Origin: Candidatus Wildermuthbacteria bacterium
GTDB lineage: Bacteria; Patescibacteriota; Minisyncoccia; Minisyncoccales; UBA10102
DNA length: 64,000 nucleotides
Direction of reading: 5' to 3'
Assembly (NCBI GenBank): GCA_016181405.1
Contig: JACOZJ010000002.1
Coordinates: 138,608-202,607 of the forward strand
Numbering within the stretch: the first letter of the stretch is position 1; every line of letters starts with the position of its first letter. Shown piece by piece: positions 1 through 7,502 of the stretch. A program made the position numbers and the translations under genes. The notes under the pieces were generated by a model. That model saw only the letters and a list, made by a program, of their open reading frames with translations. It ran no database searches and was not told where the DNA came from.

Positions 1-172
1 CTGGTGAGGCGCCGGATGGGTAGCAGAAAGAACAGAGGAACTTGAAAGAGTGAGCTGCACACCCCATCGCCCAAGGTACGCTAAGGCCTACGGTGCTGCC
101 TACGCCGAGGCCACCGTTGAGATCTACCTTCACGCTTGCGCGGGCCATCCGACTCTTCGTGGATACTATCAT
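1..172 (-). CDS. hypothetical protein, N-terminal fragment (gene runs off the left edge)
   Basis: ATG at 172-170 with AGGAG 6 nt upstream. The frame stays open to position 1 (MIVSTKSRMARASVKVDLNGG...). Too short for the ORF track and no family recognised. Confidence 0.25.
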   Translation of the reverse strand, partial: MIVSTKSRMARASVKVDLNGGLGVGSTVGLSVPWAMGCAAHSFKFLCSFCYPSGASP

Positions 173-223
173 CAGGAACTCCTACGCCACGAATAGTAAT
201 CTCATACTATATCAAAACCATTC

Positions 224-1192
224 ATGCAAGCAGGATATGCACCATGTGAATCTGCTATAATACGTAACGCAGTGGGCATAAAAAAATTCCAAAAGATTAT
301 TTTGAGCTGGTACGCCAAAAATAGGCGAGATTTGCCGTGGAGAAACACAAAAGATCCCTACAAGATTTTGGTTTCAGAAATAATGCTCCAGCAAACACAG
401 GTTTCGAGAGTTCTGCCGAAATACGAGGAATTCTTGAAAGCGTTTCCCACCCTTGAAGTTTTATCCAAAGCACCAGACAAAAAACTTCTCAAGGTGTGGC
501 AAGGCTTGGGCTACTGGAGAAGAGCGAAATATCTCAAAGAAACGGCGAAAACGCTTTGTGGAGCGAAAACTGCGGGTTTGACGAGACGCGAGGGTTCTGT
601 CCCGAAGGAATGGGTAAAGCGCGAGGAAAAGCCGCAGTTTGAGCGAAATTTTCCAAAGATACCCGAGCAGCTCGAAAAACTTCCCGGCATTGGCCACTAC
701 ACTGCCCGAGCCCTTGCCTGTTTCGCATTCGGCTCGCGAGAAGCGTTTCTCGACACCAACATCCGCCGCGTATATCTCCACTTTTTCTTTCCTAACCAGC
801 AAGATGTACCCGACGAGACAATTCTTCCCCTAGCTCAAAAAGCAATATACTACATTTCTCACGGCCGTGGAAATCGCACTATACCTCCGAGGGAATGGCA
901 CTACGCTTTGTTCGACTATGGCGCTCTTGTTCTCAAGGACAGAACAATAAACCAACGCAGTCGCCGCTACGCAAAGCAGAGCAAGTTCGATGGATCCTTC
1001 CGCTCGTTCCGAACACAAGCAGTAAAATTCCTCCTTTCTACCCCACAGAACGAAACGACTCATAATGCCCTGAAGAAATACATCCAAGAACTGCTCGATC
1101 AAAAGGAGGCTTCATATTCTTGTGCAAGCATCATTGATTCTCTCCTCAAAGACGGCTTGCTAAAAAAATCTCCAACTCATTATTTTCTCTAA
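224..1192 (+). CDS. HhH-GPD DNA glycosylase, MutY/EndoIII-like
   Basis: LPWRNTKDPYKILVSEIMLQQTQV and LPGIGHYTARA helix-hairpin-helix/GPD motifs. There is no Cys-X6-C-X2-C-X5-C cluster after the catalytic domain, and extra residues sit before the HhH. Confidence 0.8.
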   Translation: MQAGYAPCESAIIRNAVGIKKFQKIILSWYAKNRRDLPWRNTKDPYKILVSEIMLQQTQVSRVLPKYEEFLKAFPTLEVLSKAPDKKLLKVWQGLGYWRRAKYLKETAKTLCGAKTAGLTRREGSVPKEWVKREEKPQFERNFPKIPEQLEKLPGIGHYTARALACFAFGSREAFLDTNIRRVYLHFFFPNQQDVPDETILPLAQKAIYYISHGRGNRTIPPREWHYALFDYGALVLKDRTINQRSRRYAKQSKFDGSFRSFRTQAVKFLLSTPQNETTHNALKKYIQELLDQKEASYSCASIIDSLLKDGLLKKSPTHYFL

Positions 1193-1196
1193 TTTC

Positions 1197-1229
1197 CAAA
1201 AGGAAAGCCGAGGGCGCTACGCCTCGGCT
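1197..1229 (-). terminator. intrinsic terminator after the tandem-HTH LuxR gene
   Basis: Minus strand AGCCGAGG-cgtagcgc-CCTCGGCT followed by TTCCTTTTGG. It also closes the convergent glycosylase gene. Confidence 0.6.
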
Positions 1230-1249
1230 TCAGGATCTGAAATCCCCTC

Positions 1250-1690
1250 TTATGGAGTCCCGGACTCATCCAGGAATCTTGCTGCCAGCATGGCTGCCTG
1301 AGTGCGGTTGCTCACGTCCAGCTTTTTCATAATGCGCCCGACGTGAGTTTTGACCGTGTTCATCGAGATCACGAGTATCGCCGCGATCTCCTTGTTCTTC
1401 GCGCCCTGCTGCACCAGGCGCATAACCTCCAACTCTCGAAAAGAGAACGCCGGCGAACCATATGGAAGCCCACTCTCGCGCACAACCGGCAACTGCAGTA
1501 GCTTGCGCCCCAAGAGCGCAAGCGCCGTACGATTCTGTACACCTCCCATCTTCCACCTGATAGACCTTATATGGGCGCTAACCGTGGATTCAGAAATAAA
1601 GAGAGCTACTGCAATCTCTTTATCGCTCTTCCCCTGGCATACCAAGGCAAGGACTTCCAGCTCTCGCTTTCCCAATGCTTTCTTACTCAC
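1250..1690 (-). CDS. protein with two tandem LuxR/GerE-type HTH domains
   Basis: Two GerE-like units: RELEVLALVCQGKSDKEIAVALFISESTVSAHIRSI and RELEVMRLVQQGAKNKEIAAILVISMNTVKTHVGRI. I place the start at GTG 1690 (GAGGAGGG 6 nt upstream), because the ATG at 1717 lies inside the -10 box. Confidence 0.75.
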   Translation of the reverse strand: MSKKALGKRELEVLALVCQGKSDKEIAVALFISESTVSAHIRSIRWKMGGVQNRTALALLGRKLLQLPVVRESGLPYGSPAFSFRELEVMRLVQQGAKNKEIAAILVISMNTVKTHVGRIMKKLDVSNRTQAAMLAARFLDESGTP

Positions 1691-1715
1691 GACATACCCT
1701 CCTCGGAAATATGCC

Positions 1716-1744
1716 ATTGTAAGGGATATACTCTATTTATTCAA
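1716..1744 (-). promoter_or_regulatory. sigma70-type promoter
   Basis: Minus strand TTGAAT-N17-TACAAT. The -10 overlaps the first ATG of the ORF-track model. Confidence 0.55.
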
Positions 1745-1775
1745 GATTATCCTCAAAAACAAAGGGGGCGAGACC

Positions 1776-2288
1776 TTACGGCCCCAACCCCATTGCGTCT
1801 CCCACTAGAGACGCTTGGTAGCGGTTTTCTACTCCCATCTTTCGTATAAGTCCACTTACGTGGGCCTTGACGGTACTTTCTTCTATGCCCAAGCAGGAAG
1901 CAATTTCCTTGTTTCCTGCTCCCCTTCGGAGAAGCTTCAAAACTTCTACCTCGCGATCGAACAAAAGCCTCTTTGCCAATAGAGCTTTCTTAGAAAGTTC
2001 GTCAAGAACCTCTTTTACAAACTCTCTGGTAGAACGAGTCAGCTCATTCGCGAATCTTGGATCTAGCACAAGATTGCCATTTTCTCCTCGTTGGATTATA
2101 AGTCGTGCAAGTTCTCTTTTGGTGGCTAATCCCACTCCCGCAAGGACTCCGTCAACCCGGCCTTTTACTGTCTGTTCTGATCGCCCAAACATGTGGCCAA
2201 TGTCCGAATTAGACAATCCGACTGCGGCAAGGCATGCCATCTCCAGTTCCTCTGGCGCCCATTCTGTGCCGCTGTTTTCCGCAGACAT
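1776..2288 (-). CDS. protein with a degenerate plus a canonical LuxR/GerE HTH domain
   Basis: C-terminal REVEVLKLLRRGAGNKEIASCLGIEESTVKAHVSGLIRKM. The N-terminal ELEMACLAAVGLSNSDIGHMFGRSEQTVKGRV is a weaker second copy. Confidence 0.7.
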   Translation of the reverse strand: MSAENSGTEWAPEELEMACLAAVGLSNSDIGHMFGRSEQTVKGRVDGVLAGVGLATKRELARLIIQRGENGNLVLDPRFANELTRSTREFVKEVLDELSKKALLAKRLLFDREVEVLKLLRRGAGNKEIASCLGIEESTVKAHVSGLIRKMGVENRYQASLVGDAMGLGP

Positions 2289-2427
2289 GGCTTCCCCCCT
2301 CTTCAGATAAGGTGCTTGATATCTTCGTTAAAGATAACTCGTTCGAAAAAATAGGTAAACTCCTAAAATACTTTTCAAAAGAAAACAAAAAGCCGGAGTA
2401 CGCACTTGCGCTAACCCCCGACTTGCT

Positions 2428-3069
2428 TTAGTGGGCTACGGCCCCGATGCGTTGGATATGTTTCTCGGCGTACACAGCCAACTTGATACGTTTGTGCACG
2501 CCGATCTTTTGCATGAGGGCGCGCACGTGGGAATGTGCTGTGGCTTCCGAGATTCCCAATTCCTTCGCAATTTCTTTGTTGCTGCAGCCTCGCTGGACGA
2601 GGTATAACACCTCCGCCTCGCGGGGAGTCAACGTATTCCTGTTATGTGCAGGACTACCCCTCGCCAGCTCGTCAAAGAGTTGCTCAATCATCTCCTCTGG
2701 GAAAAAGGTGCCGCCAGAGGCAACATGCTTGACCACCTCAACCAGTAGTCCCACATCCGTATCCCGCCCGACATACCCGCAGACCCCGGCCTCTGCCATC
2801 TTCCGGGCAGACGCGAAACTACATTCCGAGAAAGGAGAGTACAAGACAACCCGTAGCTCGAGCATCTCGCGCTTGAGGTACTTCAGCGCATCCATGCCTG
2901 CCAGCTCGTTGCTCATGAGCATAACGTCTGGCTGGGCTTCCCTCACCCGAACACATGCTCCTAGGTACGATGCGGCTTCCACCGGTCGGACATTCGCTTT
3001 CGCCATGAGGTGCGCCAATCCCTCGCGCACCAGCGTACAACCTTCCGCGATCACAACTGTAATCGCCAT
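2428..3069 (-). CDS. NarL/FixJ-type response-regulator-like protein with a degenerate receiver domain
   Basis: C-terminal LuxR HTH (LTPREAEVLYLVQRGCSNKEIAKELGISEATAHSHVRAL). The receiver has EG where the acidic DD pair is expected and PDVMLMSNELAGMD where the phospho-Asp is expected. The start is taken at the ATG after GGAGGTGGGG. Confidence 0.75.
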   Translation of the reverse strand: MAITVVIAEGCTLVREGLAHLMAKANVRPVEAASYLGACVRVREAQPDVMLMSNELAGMDALKYLKREMLELRVVLYSPFSECSFASARKMAEAGVCGYVGRDTDVGLLVEVVKHVASGGTFFPEEMIEQLFDELARGSPAHNRNTLTPREAEVLYLVQRGCSNKEIAKELGISEATAHSHVRALMQKIGVHKRIKLAVYAEKHIQRIGAVAH

Positions 3070-3172
3070 ACCCCACCTCCAGCCAAAGTTCATGCTTCTC
3101 TATATCTATAAGACCAAAAATAAAGCTCTATGTCAAACTTCCATCGGTATGATATTGTGCTATACTGAATCC

Positions 3173-4102
3173 ATGAAACAGAGGTTTTATCTGGGCGTAG
3201 AGGGTGGAGCCACCAAAAGCACGGCCATTCTTGTAGACGAAACAAGTCACGTCCTAGGGGAACGCAAAGGCAAGGCACTCAATTACCAGTACCTTAGGGA
3301 GCGACGCGTCAAACAAAATCTCGCAGAGTTGCTTAATCCCTTATTGAGAAAAGTCCGCGGTGGCAATATCTCCGCGGTGTTTGGATTTGCAGGGCTCGAT
3401 ACCCCAAAAGACCAAACTGTATACACAAAGATAGCACATTCTGTATTGCCAAAAGGATCTTCTTTGCAGGCGGTAAACGATACAAAAATTGCCCTTGAAG
3501 TACGGTGCCCTAAAGAAAAAAATAGAATCCTTGTGATTTCCGGAACCGGCTCCAGCGTCTATGGAGAAAACGGAAAAACAAGCGCCAAAAGCGTGGGCTG
3601 GGGATTCCTTTTGGGAGACGAGGGAAGCGGGTATGAATTTGGGCTCAAAACCCTGAAGGCGGCTATGCGATCATTTGATAAGAGAGGAGAGAAAACAATT
3701 CTTGAAAAGCTTATTGTACAGAAGTTCGGCGGGAAAACAATGCTGGATGTTGTGCCCGCGATTTATGAGAAAGTAGGCAACGAAAAGCGCAATACGAAGC
3801 GTTATGTAGCCTCATTTGCGCCGCTTTTGGACGAGGCGATCCTCCAGAAAGACACCATGGCGCTCGCTATCCGAGAACAAGAAGTAGAAGAACTCTTTCA
3901 GGGCGTATCTGCTGTCGCAAAACAACTTGGTATTGCAAGCGCAGAATTTTGTCTTGGTACCACAGGATCTCTATGGAAAATGCCTGGATTTCAAGAACAA
4001 TTTAGAAAGAAGATAAAAAAACATTTTCCTAAGGTTTGCTTCTCTACAAACACTGACTCTAGTGTTTGGGGCGCTGTTTTGCTGGCAAAAAAATTGATCT
4101 AA
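3173..4102 (+). CDS. BadF/BadG/BcrA/BcrD-type ATPase, N-acetylglucosamine-kinase-like sugar kinase
   Basis: GVEGGATKS, ISGTGSSVYG and GWGFLLGDEGSGYEFG motifs. The ORF-track 5' extension (2447-3172) is antisense to the regulator gene, so I used ATG 3173, which sits 6 nt after an extended -10 (TGCTATACT). Confidence 0.8.
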   Translation: MKQRFYLGVEGGATKSTAILVDETSHVLGERKGKALNYQYLRERRVKQNLAELLNPLLRKVRGGNISAVFGFAGLDTPKDQTVYTKIAHSVLPKGSSLQAVNDTKIALEVRCPKEKNRILVISGTGSSVYGENGKTSAKSVGWGFLLGDEGSGYEFGLKTLKAAMRSFDKRGEKTILEKLIVQKFGGKTMLDVVPAIYEKVGNEKRNTKRYVASFAPLLDEAILQKDTMALAIREQEVEELFQGVSAVAKQLGIASAEFCLGTTGSLWKMPGFQEQFRKKIKKHFPKVCFSTNTDSSVWGAVLLAKKLI

Positions 4103-4165
4103 AGGAAAAGAAGAGCGGGCCACGATTTCTCGTGCCCGCTTTTGTTGTTGATGCGCAAACGCATC

Positions 4166-5398
4166 TTAAGGTGCAAAAAGGCGTTCAGCCTTCTTCCAGT
4201 CGATCAGTCCAGCTTGGTCGAGCTGGGTGACCGACGGGATAATCCGATCGTTGCGCACCTCTTCTGGAACAATGGGTTCCTCGGTGGATGGGATCCACCC
4301 CATGACGATTGGCCTCGCCATGAGTGTATTGTTGAGGCGAGTGATCGTCTCAACGGTCCACGTATCAAGCGCTGATGTTTCTTCGAAAGGGAGCATCAGC
4401 AAGAAGTTGGAGATCTGCTGCTGCATAATCGACTCTTTCCTGTCGTTGTTTGCAGCATCGAGCCGCGGGTTCGGGTTCCCCACCTGGACAACCGCATCAA
4501 CTCCTGGCGGCAAATGACACGCGCAGTAGTCCTCGGCGTACAAGGAGGTAACCGTCTCCTCCAGATAGCTCGTCGCAAATGGCCGGCGCATCGCAAGATC
4601 CCACCTAAGGACAAATTCTCCAGTGATCATCCACTTGTGCCCGCCAAGACGATAGCAGATTTCCTTTGCTCGCCTTCTTATTGCCGGGTCGATGCGCTCC
4701 GACCCAGCGACGCTATCAAGCATCCAGCGAGCGGTCATACATCGCTCGTTGGTACGACCAAACTTGGCCATTTTGATGTACTGGGCATCGGGCTTGGTTA
4801 CGATTCCGTACCCGAGGTATTCCCAGCACTGATAGCGGCGGAACTCTGCTATCTCTGCATCATTCTGGCCAATCCAAGCGGGTTTCCGGCCACCGCACTT
4901 CGCAGTAATATACCAATAGAGGTACCCTGCAAGAACTGCAACTCCCTTTCCTCGTGGTCGATCCCTCAAGTTAAGGATGGGGAGTAGCCTGTTCCAATCA
5001 AGGATATCAAGGATACCGTCGCTGCATGCAAGGCGCACACCCTTCTTGCCGTAGCGGCGCACTTCCTCGAGGGCATCTTCGTCGCTGCCGTTGTCCATGA
5101 CGAGAACGGATCCCGGCGTCACTCTATACTTCTTTACGAGTGTCGTGAGGAGCGGCCGAATGACCGGTCCATTCTCGCGCATTGGGACGACGAGCCCCAA
5201 GCTTCCATCGCGCAGAAGACGTCTGATCGCACTACTGCACTCTTGAAGATTTCCGTTCTTCGGCGTGAGGTAGCCACGGGCGAGCTCTACGCGCAGACGT
5301 TCCAAACTTCCATTGATGCTGGCGTTTTCATACGCCAGCGCGACGCGCTCTGCGTCTACTCCGTGCTGAAGCTTCAGATCATCATCCTTCATGGTCAC
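4166..5398 (-). CDS. GT-A retaining glycosyltransferase, mannosyl-/glucosyl-3-phosphoglycerate-synthase-like
   Basis: By eye it aligns to MPGS/GpgS blocks: VVPMRENGPVI, VLVMDNGSDED, RPRGKGVAVLAG, IGQNDAEI, ITGEFVLRWDLAMRRPFATSY. The gene is GC-richer than its neighbours. Confidence 0.5.
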   Translation of the reverse strand: MTMKDDDLKLQHGVDAERVALAYENASINGSLERLRVELARGYLTPKNGNLQECSSAIRRLLRDGSLGLVVPMRENGPVIRPLLTTLVKKYRVTPGSVLVMDNGSDEDALEEVRRYGKKGVRLACSDGILDILDWNRLLPILNLRDRPRGKGVAVLAGYLYWYITAKCGGRKPAWIGQNDAEIAEFRRYQCWEYLGYGIVTKPDAQYIKMAKFGRTNERCMTARWMLDSVAGSERIDPAIRRRAKEICYRLGGHKWMITGEFVLRWDLAMRRPFATSYLEETVTSLYAEDYCACHLPPGVDAVVQVGNPNPRLDAANNDRKESIMQQQISNFLLMLPFEETSALDTWTVETITRLNNTLMARPIVMGWIPSTEEPIVPEEVRNDRIIPSVTQLDQAGLIDWKKAERLFAP

Positions 5399-5445
5399 GT
5401 CTCTATCTCCTTCCGCAACGCTCTGCGCTGCTAAATTGTAGGGTG

Positions 5446-6597
5446 CTATGGAATCCGGAAAGGATTGTTTCCGGACTTTGCTTCAGATATCATTTGTCCC
5501 ACAAGCAGGTTCCAACTCACAAAGTTTGGAGCCGCCAACGGTTTTCCGGTGTCTGCGTTATAATTCTCGTGCATCCCACCGGACCTTTTGATATCTTCCA
5601 AGCAAAGCCTGGAAATAATCACTGCGAGGCGTTGCGCCTCTCGCTGAAATCCGTAATTCAAAAGCGCATGCATTGTCAAATAATTTACGATCGGCCACAC
5701 GGGTCCCTGCCAGTTTGAATAAGGTTTTATCGTATTCGCTTGGTTATAATCTGGATCGTCCTTCGACAAACATCGTACCCCATATCTTGCCCAAAGGTGT
5801 TTTGGATTCAAGATATATCGCTTTACCATCTGCCTTCCCCGTACTTGAGGAACTATGCCAGCCCATAAAGGTATGACGTTCGAGTAGGTAACACGTTTCA
5901 CGAATTCCCCTGTTTTTCGATCGCGATTATAGAAGATTTCGGCTTCTTTATCCCAAAGATGTTTAAGAATTGCTCTCTTCAGCATTTCTGCTTTTTCCCG
6001 ATATTTCTGGACATCTTTTCTCTTTTTTAAGCGCTTGGCAAGAAATGCAAGAGCAAGATATTCCCGATAAAGAAATATATTAAGATCTGCGGCTAAAATG
6101 CTTCCGTTTTCATAACCATGCACCGCAAGATTATTGTCAGCGCCAGATTCCATTGCGTCATACCAACACCCCAATCCAAACTCTTTATCGAAGTAAACTT
6201 TCTCGCGATATTCTACTGCCTTTTTAAGCTTCTCCCAATACGAAAGTACCCAAAAGAAATCTTCTAGATATTTCGATGCAAAATAGCATCCCTGCGCAAG
6301 AAACGGCTTTATATGCTTCAATCTTCGATCGACCCCATCAGGAGTCAGGAGACCCGGCGTAAACCCAGTCAGCTGAACTTTTTCCAAATAATTTAACGCC
6401 CAGTTCTTCAGATAAATTGCTTCGGAAGGGATTTGTGAAGCTAACGCCATTCCTACAAAGAAACCGTCCCAATCCCATTGCTCTGCATACGGCCCTCCTG
6501 GCACAAGATAGTCGTGTTTAAGGAAACCTTGCGCGCGCCGCTTCACAAGAGCTTTCCTGTAATCAAGCTCTTTTTGCAATTGTTGTTCAAAATTCAT
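5446..6597 (-). CDS. (alpha/alpha)6-barrel glycoside hydrolase, GH63/GH37-like
   Basis: WDWDGFFVGMAL, AMESGADNN, NWQGPVWPIVNY and GMHENYNADTGKPL motifs. The start is moved to ATG 6597 (MNFEQQ), giving an 11-nt overlap with the upstream gene. Confidence 0.65.
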   Translation of the reverse strand: MNFEQQLQKELDYRKALVKRRAQGFLKHDYLVPGGPYAEQWDWDGFFVGMALASQIPSEAIYLKNWALNYLEKVQLTGFTPGLLTPDGVDRRLKHIKPFLAQGCYFASKYLEDFFWVLSYWEKLKKAVEYREKVYFDKEFGLGCWYDAMESGADNNLAVHGYENGSILAADLNIFLYREYLALAFLAKRLKKRKDVQKYREKAEMLKRAILKHLWDKEAEIFYNRDRKTGEFVKRVTYSNVIPLWAGIVPQVRGRQMVKRYILNPKHLWARYGVRCLSKDDPDYNQANTIKPYSNWQGPVWPIVNYLTMHALLNYGFQREAQRLAVIISRLCLEDIKRSGGMHENYNADTGKPLAAPNFVSWNLLVGQMISEAKSGNNPFRIP

Positions 6598-7405
6598 GCT
6601 TTTTTGTCGTTTGTCTTCTTTCGGGGAAACAAATCTGATTACGCACATTGCACCACTTGCCTTCAAACATATACCCTGCAAGCTTACCTTCTTTTGCCAA
6701 CTTCGGGAATATATCTTTTTCAAGCGACGCAATTTTCTCTTTGGGAATGTAATCGAAAATTTCCGGACTAAAACAGAAAATACCCGCTGAAATCACCCGC
6801 GAAACCCCTTCCTTTTCTTTTGGCTTTTCTGCAAAGGCAACAATTTTCTCTCCCTTCATCTCCACCGCCCCGTATAAAGAGGGGTCCTCAATGGAAGTTA
6901 AGGCAACCGTAGCCGTCGCATCTGCTTGTGCGTGATAGGCGGCAAAATCCACAAGGTCGAGTTCCACCACTACGTGGGAATATAATACAAAGAATAAATC
7001 GCCCCCCACAAATTTCTTTGCCGACAATACGGCGCGCGCAGTCCCAATTTTCTCTTCCTCCTGCAGCTGGTATGTAATTTTTAAGCCATACTTTGAGCCA
7101 TCGCCTAAAGTTTTTTGTGCTTCTTTCTCACCCTTATGGAGCGAAAGGACAACTTCTTTTATGCCGTGCGTTCGCAAAAGCTCTAACCCATGCTCAATTA
7201 CCGGCTTGCCTTCGAAAGAAGTAGTACAAACAAAATCTTTATGCCCTGCGATAATAAGGGCTTTTTGTACATTGGCGCCAAGCGCTTGGTTCAAAAAATA
7301 CTCGATGGCGTGCGAACGGTTCCGAATAGTCTTCCCGTCTATCGCGCGGTCAAGTCTTTTTAAGATGTCGTTTTTGAGGGTTATGGCAATTTTACTGCGC
7401 TGCAT
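6587..7405 (-). CDS. ribbon-helix-helix (CopG/NikR-like) domain fused to a sugar-phosphate nucleotidyltransferase-like domain
   Basis: The N-terminus SKIAITLKNDILKRLDRAIDGKTIRNRSHAIEYFLNQAL has an RHH pattern. The remainder has an NTP_transferase-like layout (GTARAV, EKDIFPKLAKEGKLAGYMFEGKW), but the GxGTRL signature is degenerate (IIAGHKDF). ATG 7438 lies inside the -10 box, so I use 7405. Confidence 0.6.
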   Translation of the reverse strand: MQRSKIAITLKNDILKRLDRAIDGKTIRNRSHAIEYFLNQALGANVQKALIIAGHKDFVCTTSFEGKPVIEHGLELLRTHGIKEVVLSLHKGEKEAQKTLGDGSKYGLKITYQLQEEEKIGTARAVLSAKKFVGGDLFFVLYSHVVVELDLVDFAAYHAQADATATVALTSIEDPSLYGAVEMKGEKIVAFAEKPKEKEGVSRVISAGIFCFSPEIFDYIPKEKIASLEKDIFPKLAKEGKLAGYMFEGKWCNVRNQICFPERRQTTKKHEF

Positions 7406-7433
7406 AGGGGGAGCTCTCAAATTATCATACTTT

Positions 7434-7461
7434 ATCATACTTTTTCCAAAACTCTTGTCAA
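7434..7461 (-). promoter_or_regulatory. sigma70-type promoter
   Basis: Minus strand GGGGGTTGACA-N16-TATGAT. Confidence 0.6.
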
Positions 7462-7474
7462 CCCCCTTTTATTC

Positions 7475-7502
7475 TTGACTAGTTATCCACAGGTGATAGT
7501 AT
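7475..7502 (+). promoter_or_regulatory. sigma70-type promoter (divergent)
   Basis: TTGACT-N16-TAGTAT. The -10 overlaps ATG 7501. Confidence 0.5.

Noticed and set aside
1-223. The GC-rich left edge considered as a structured RNA (for example the RNase P or SRP 3' end).
   Set aside because: I recognised no conserved RNA motifs. A minus-strand ORF with an SD, open to the window edge, explains the region at least as well. It is kept as a low-confidence partial CDS.
2447-3172. The 5' two-fifths of the 551-aa plus-strand ORF (2447-4102).
   Set aside because: It lies exactly antisense to the response-regulator-like gene and has a low-complexity S/A/T/R-rich translation. The kinase homology begins only at MKQRFYLGVEGGATKS (ATG 3173), which has its own promoter-like element.
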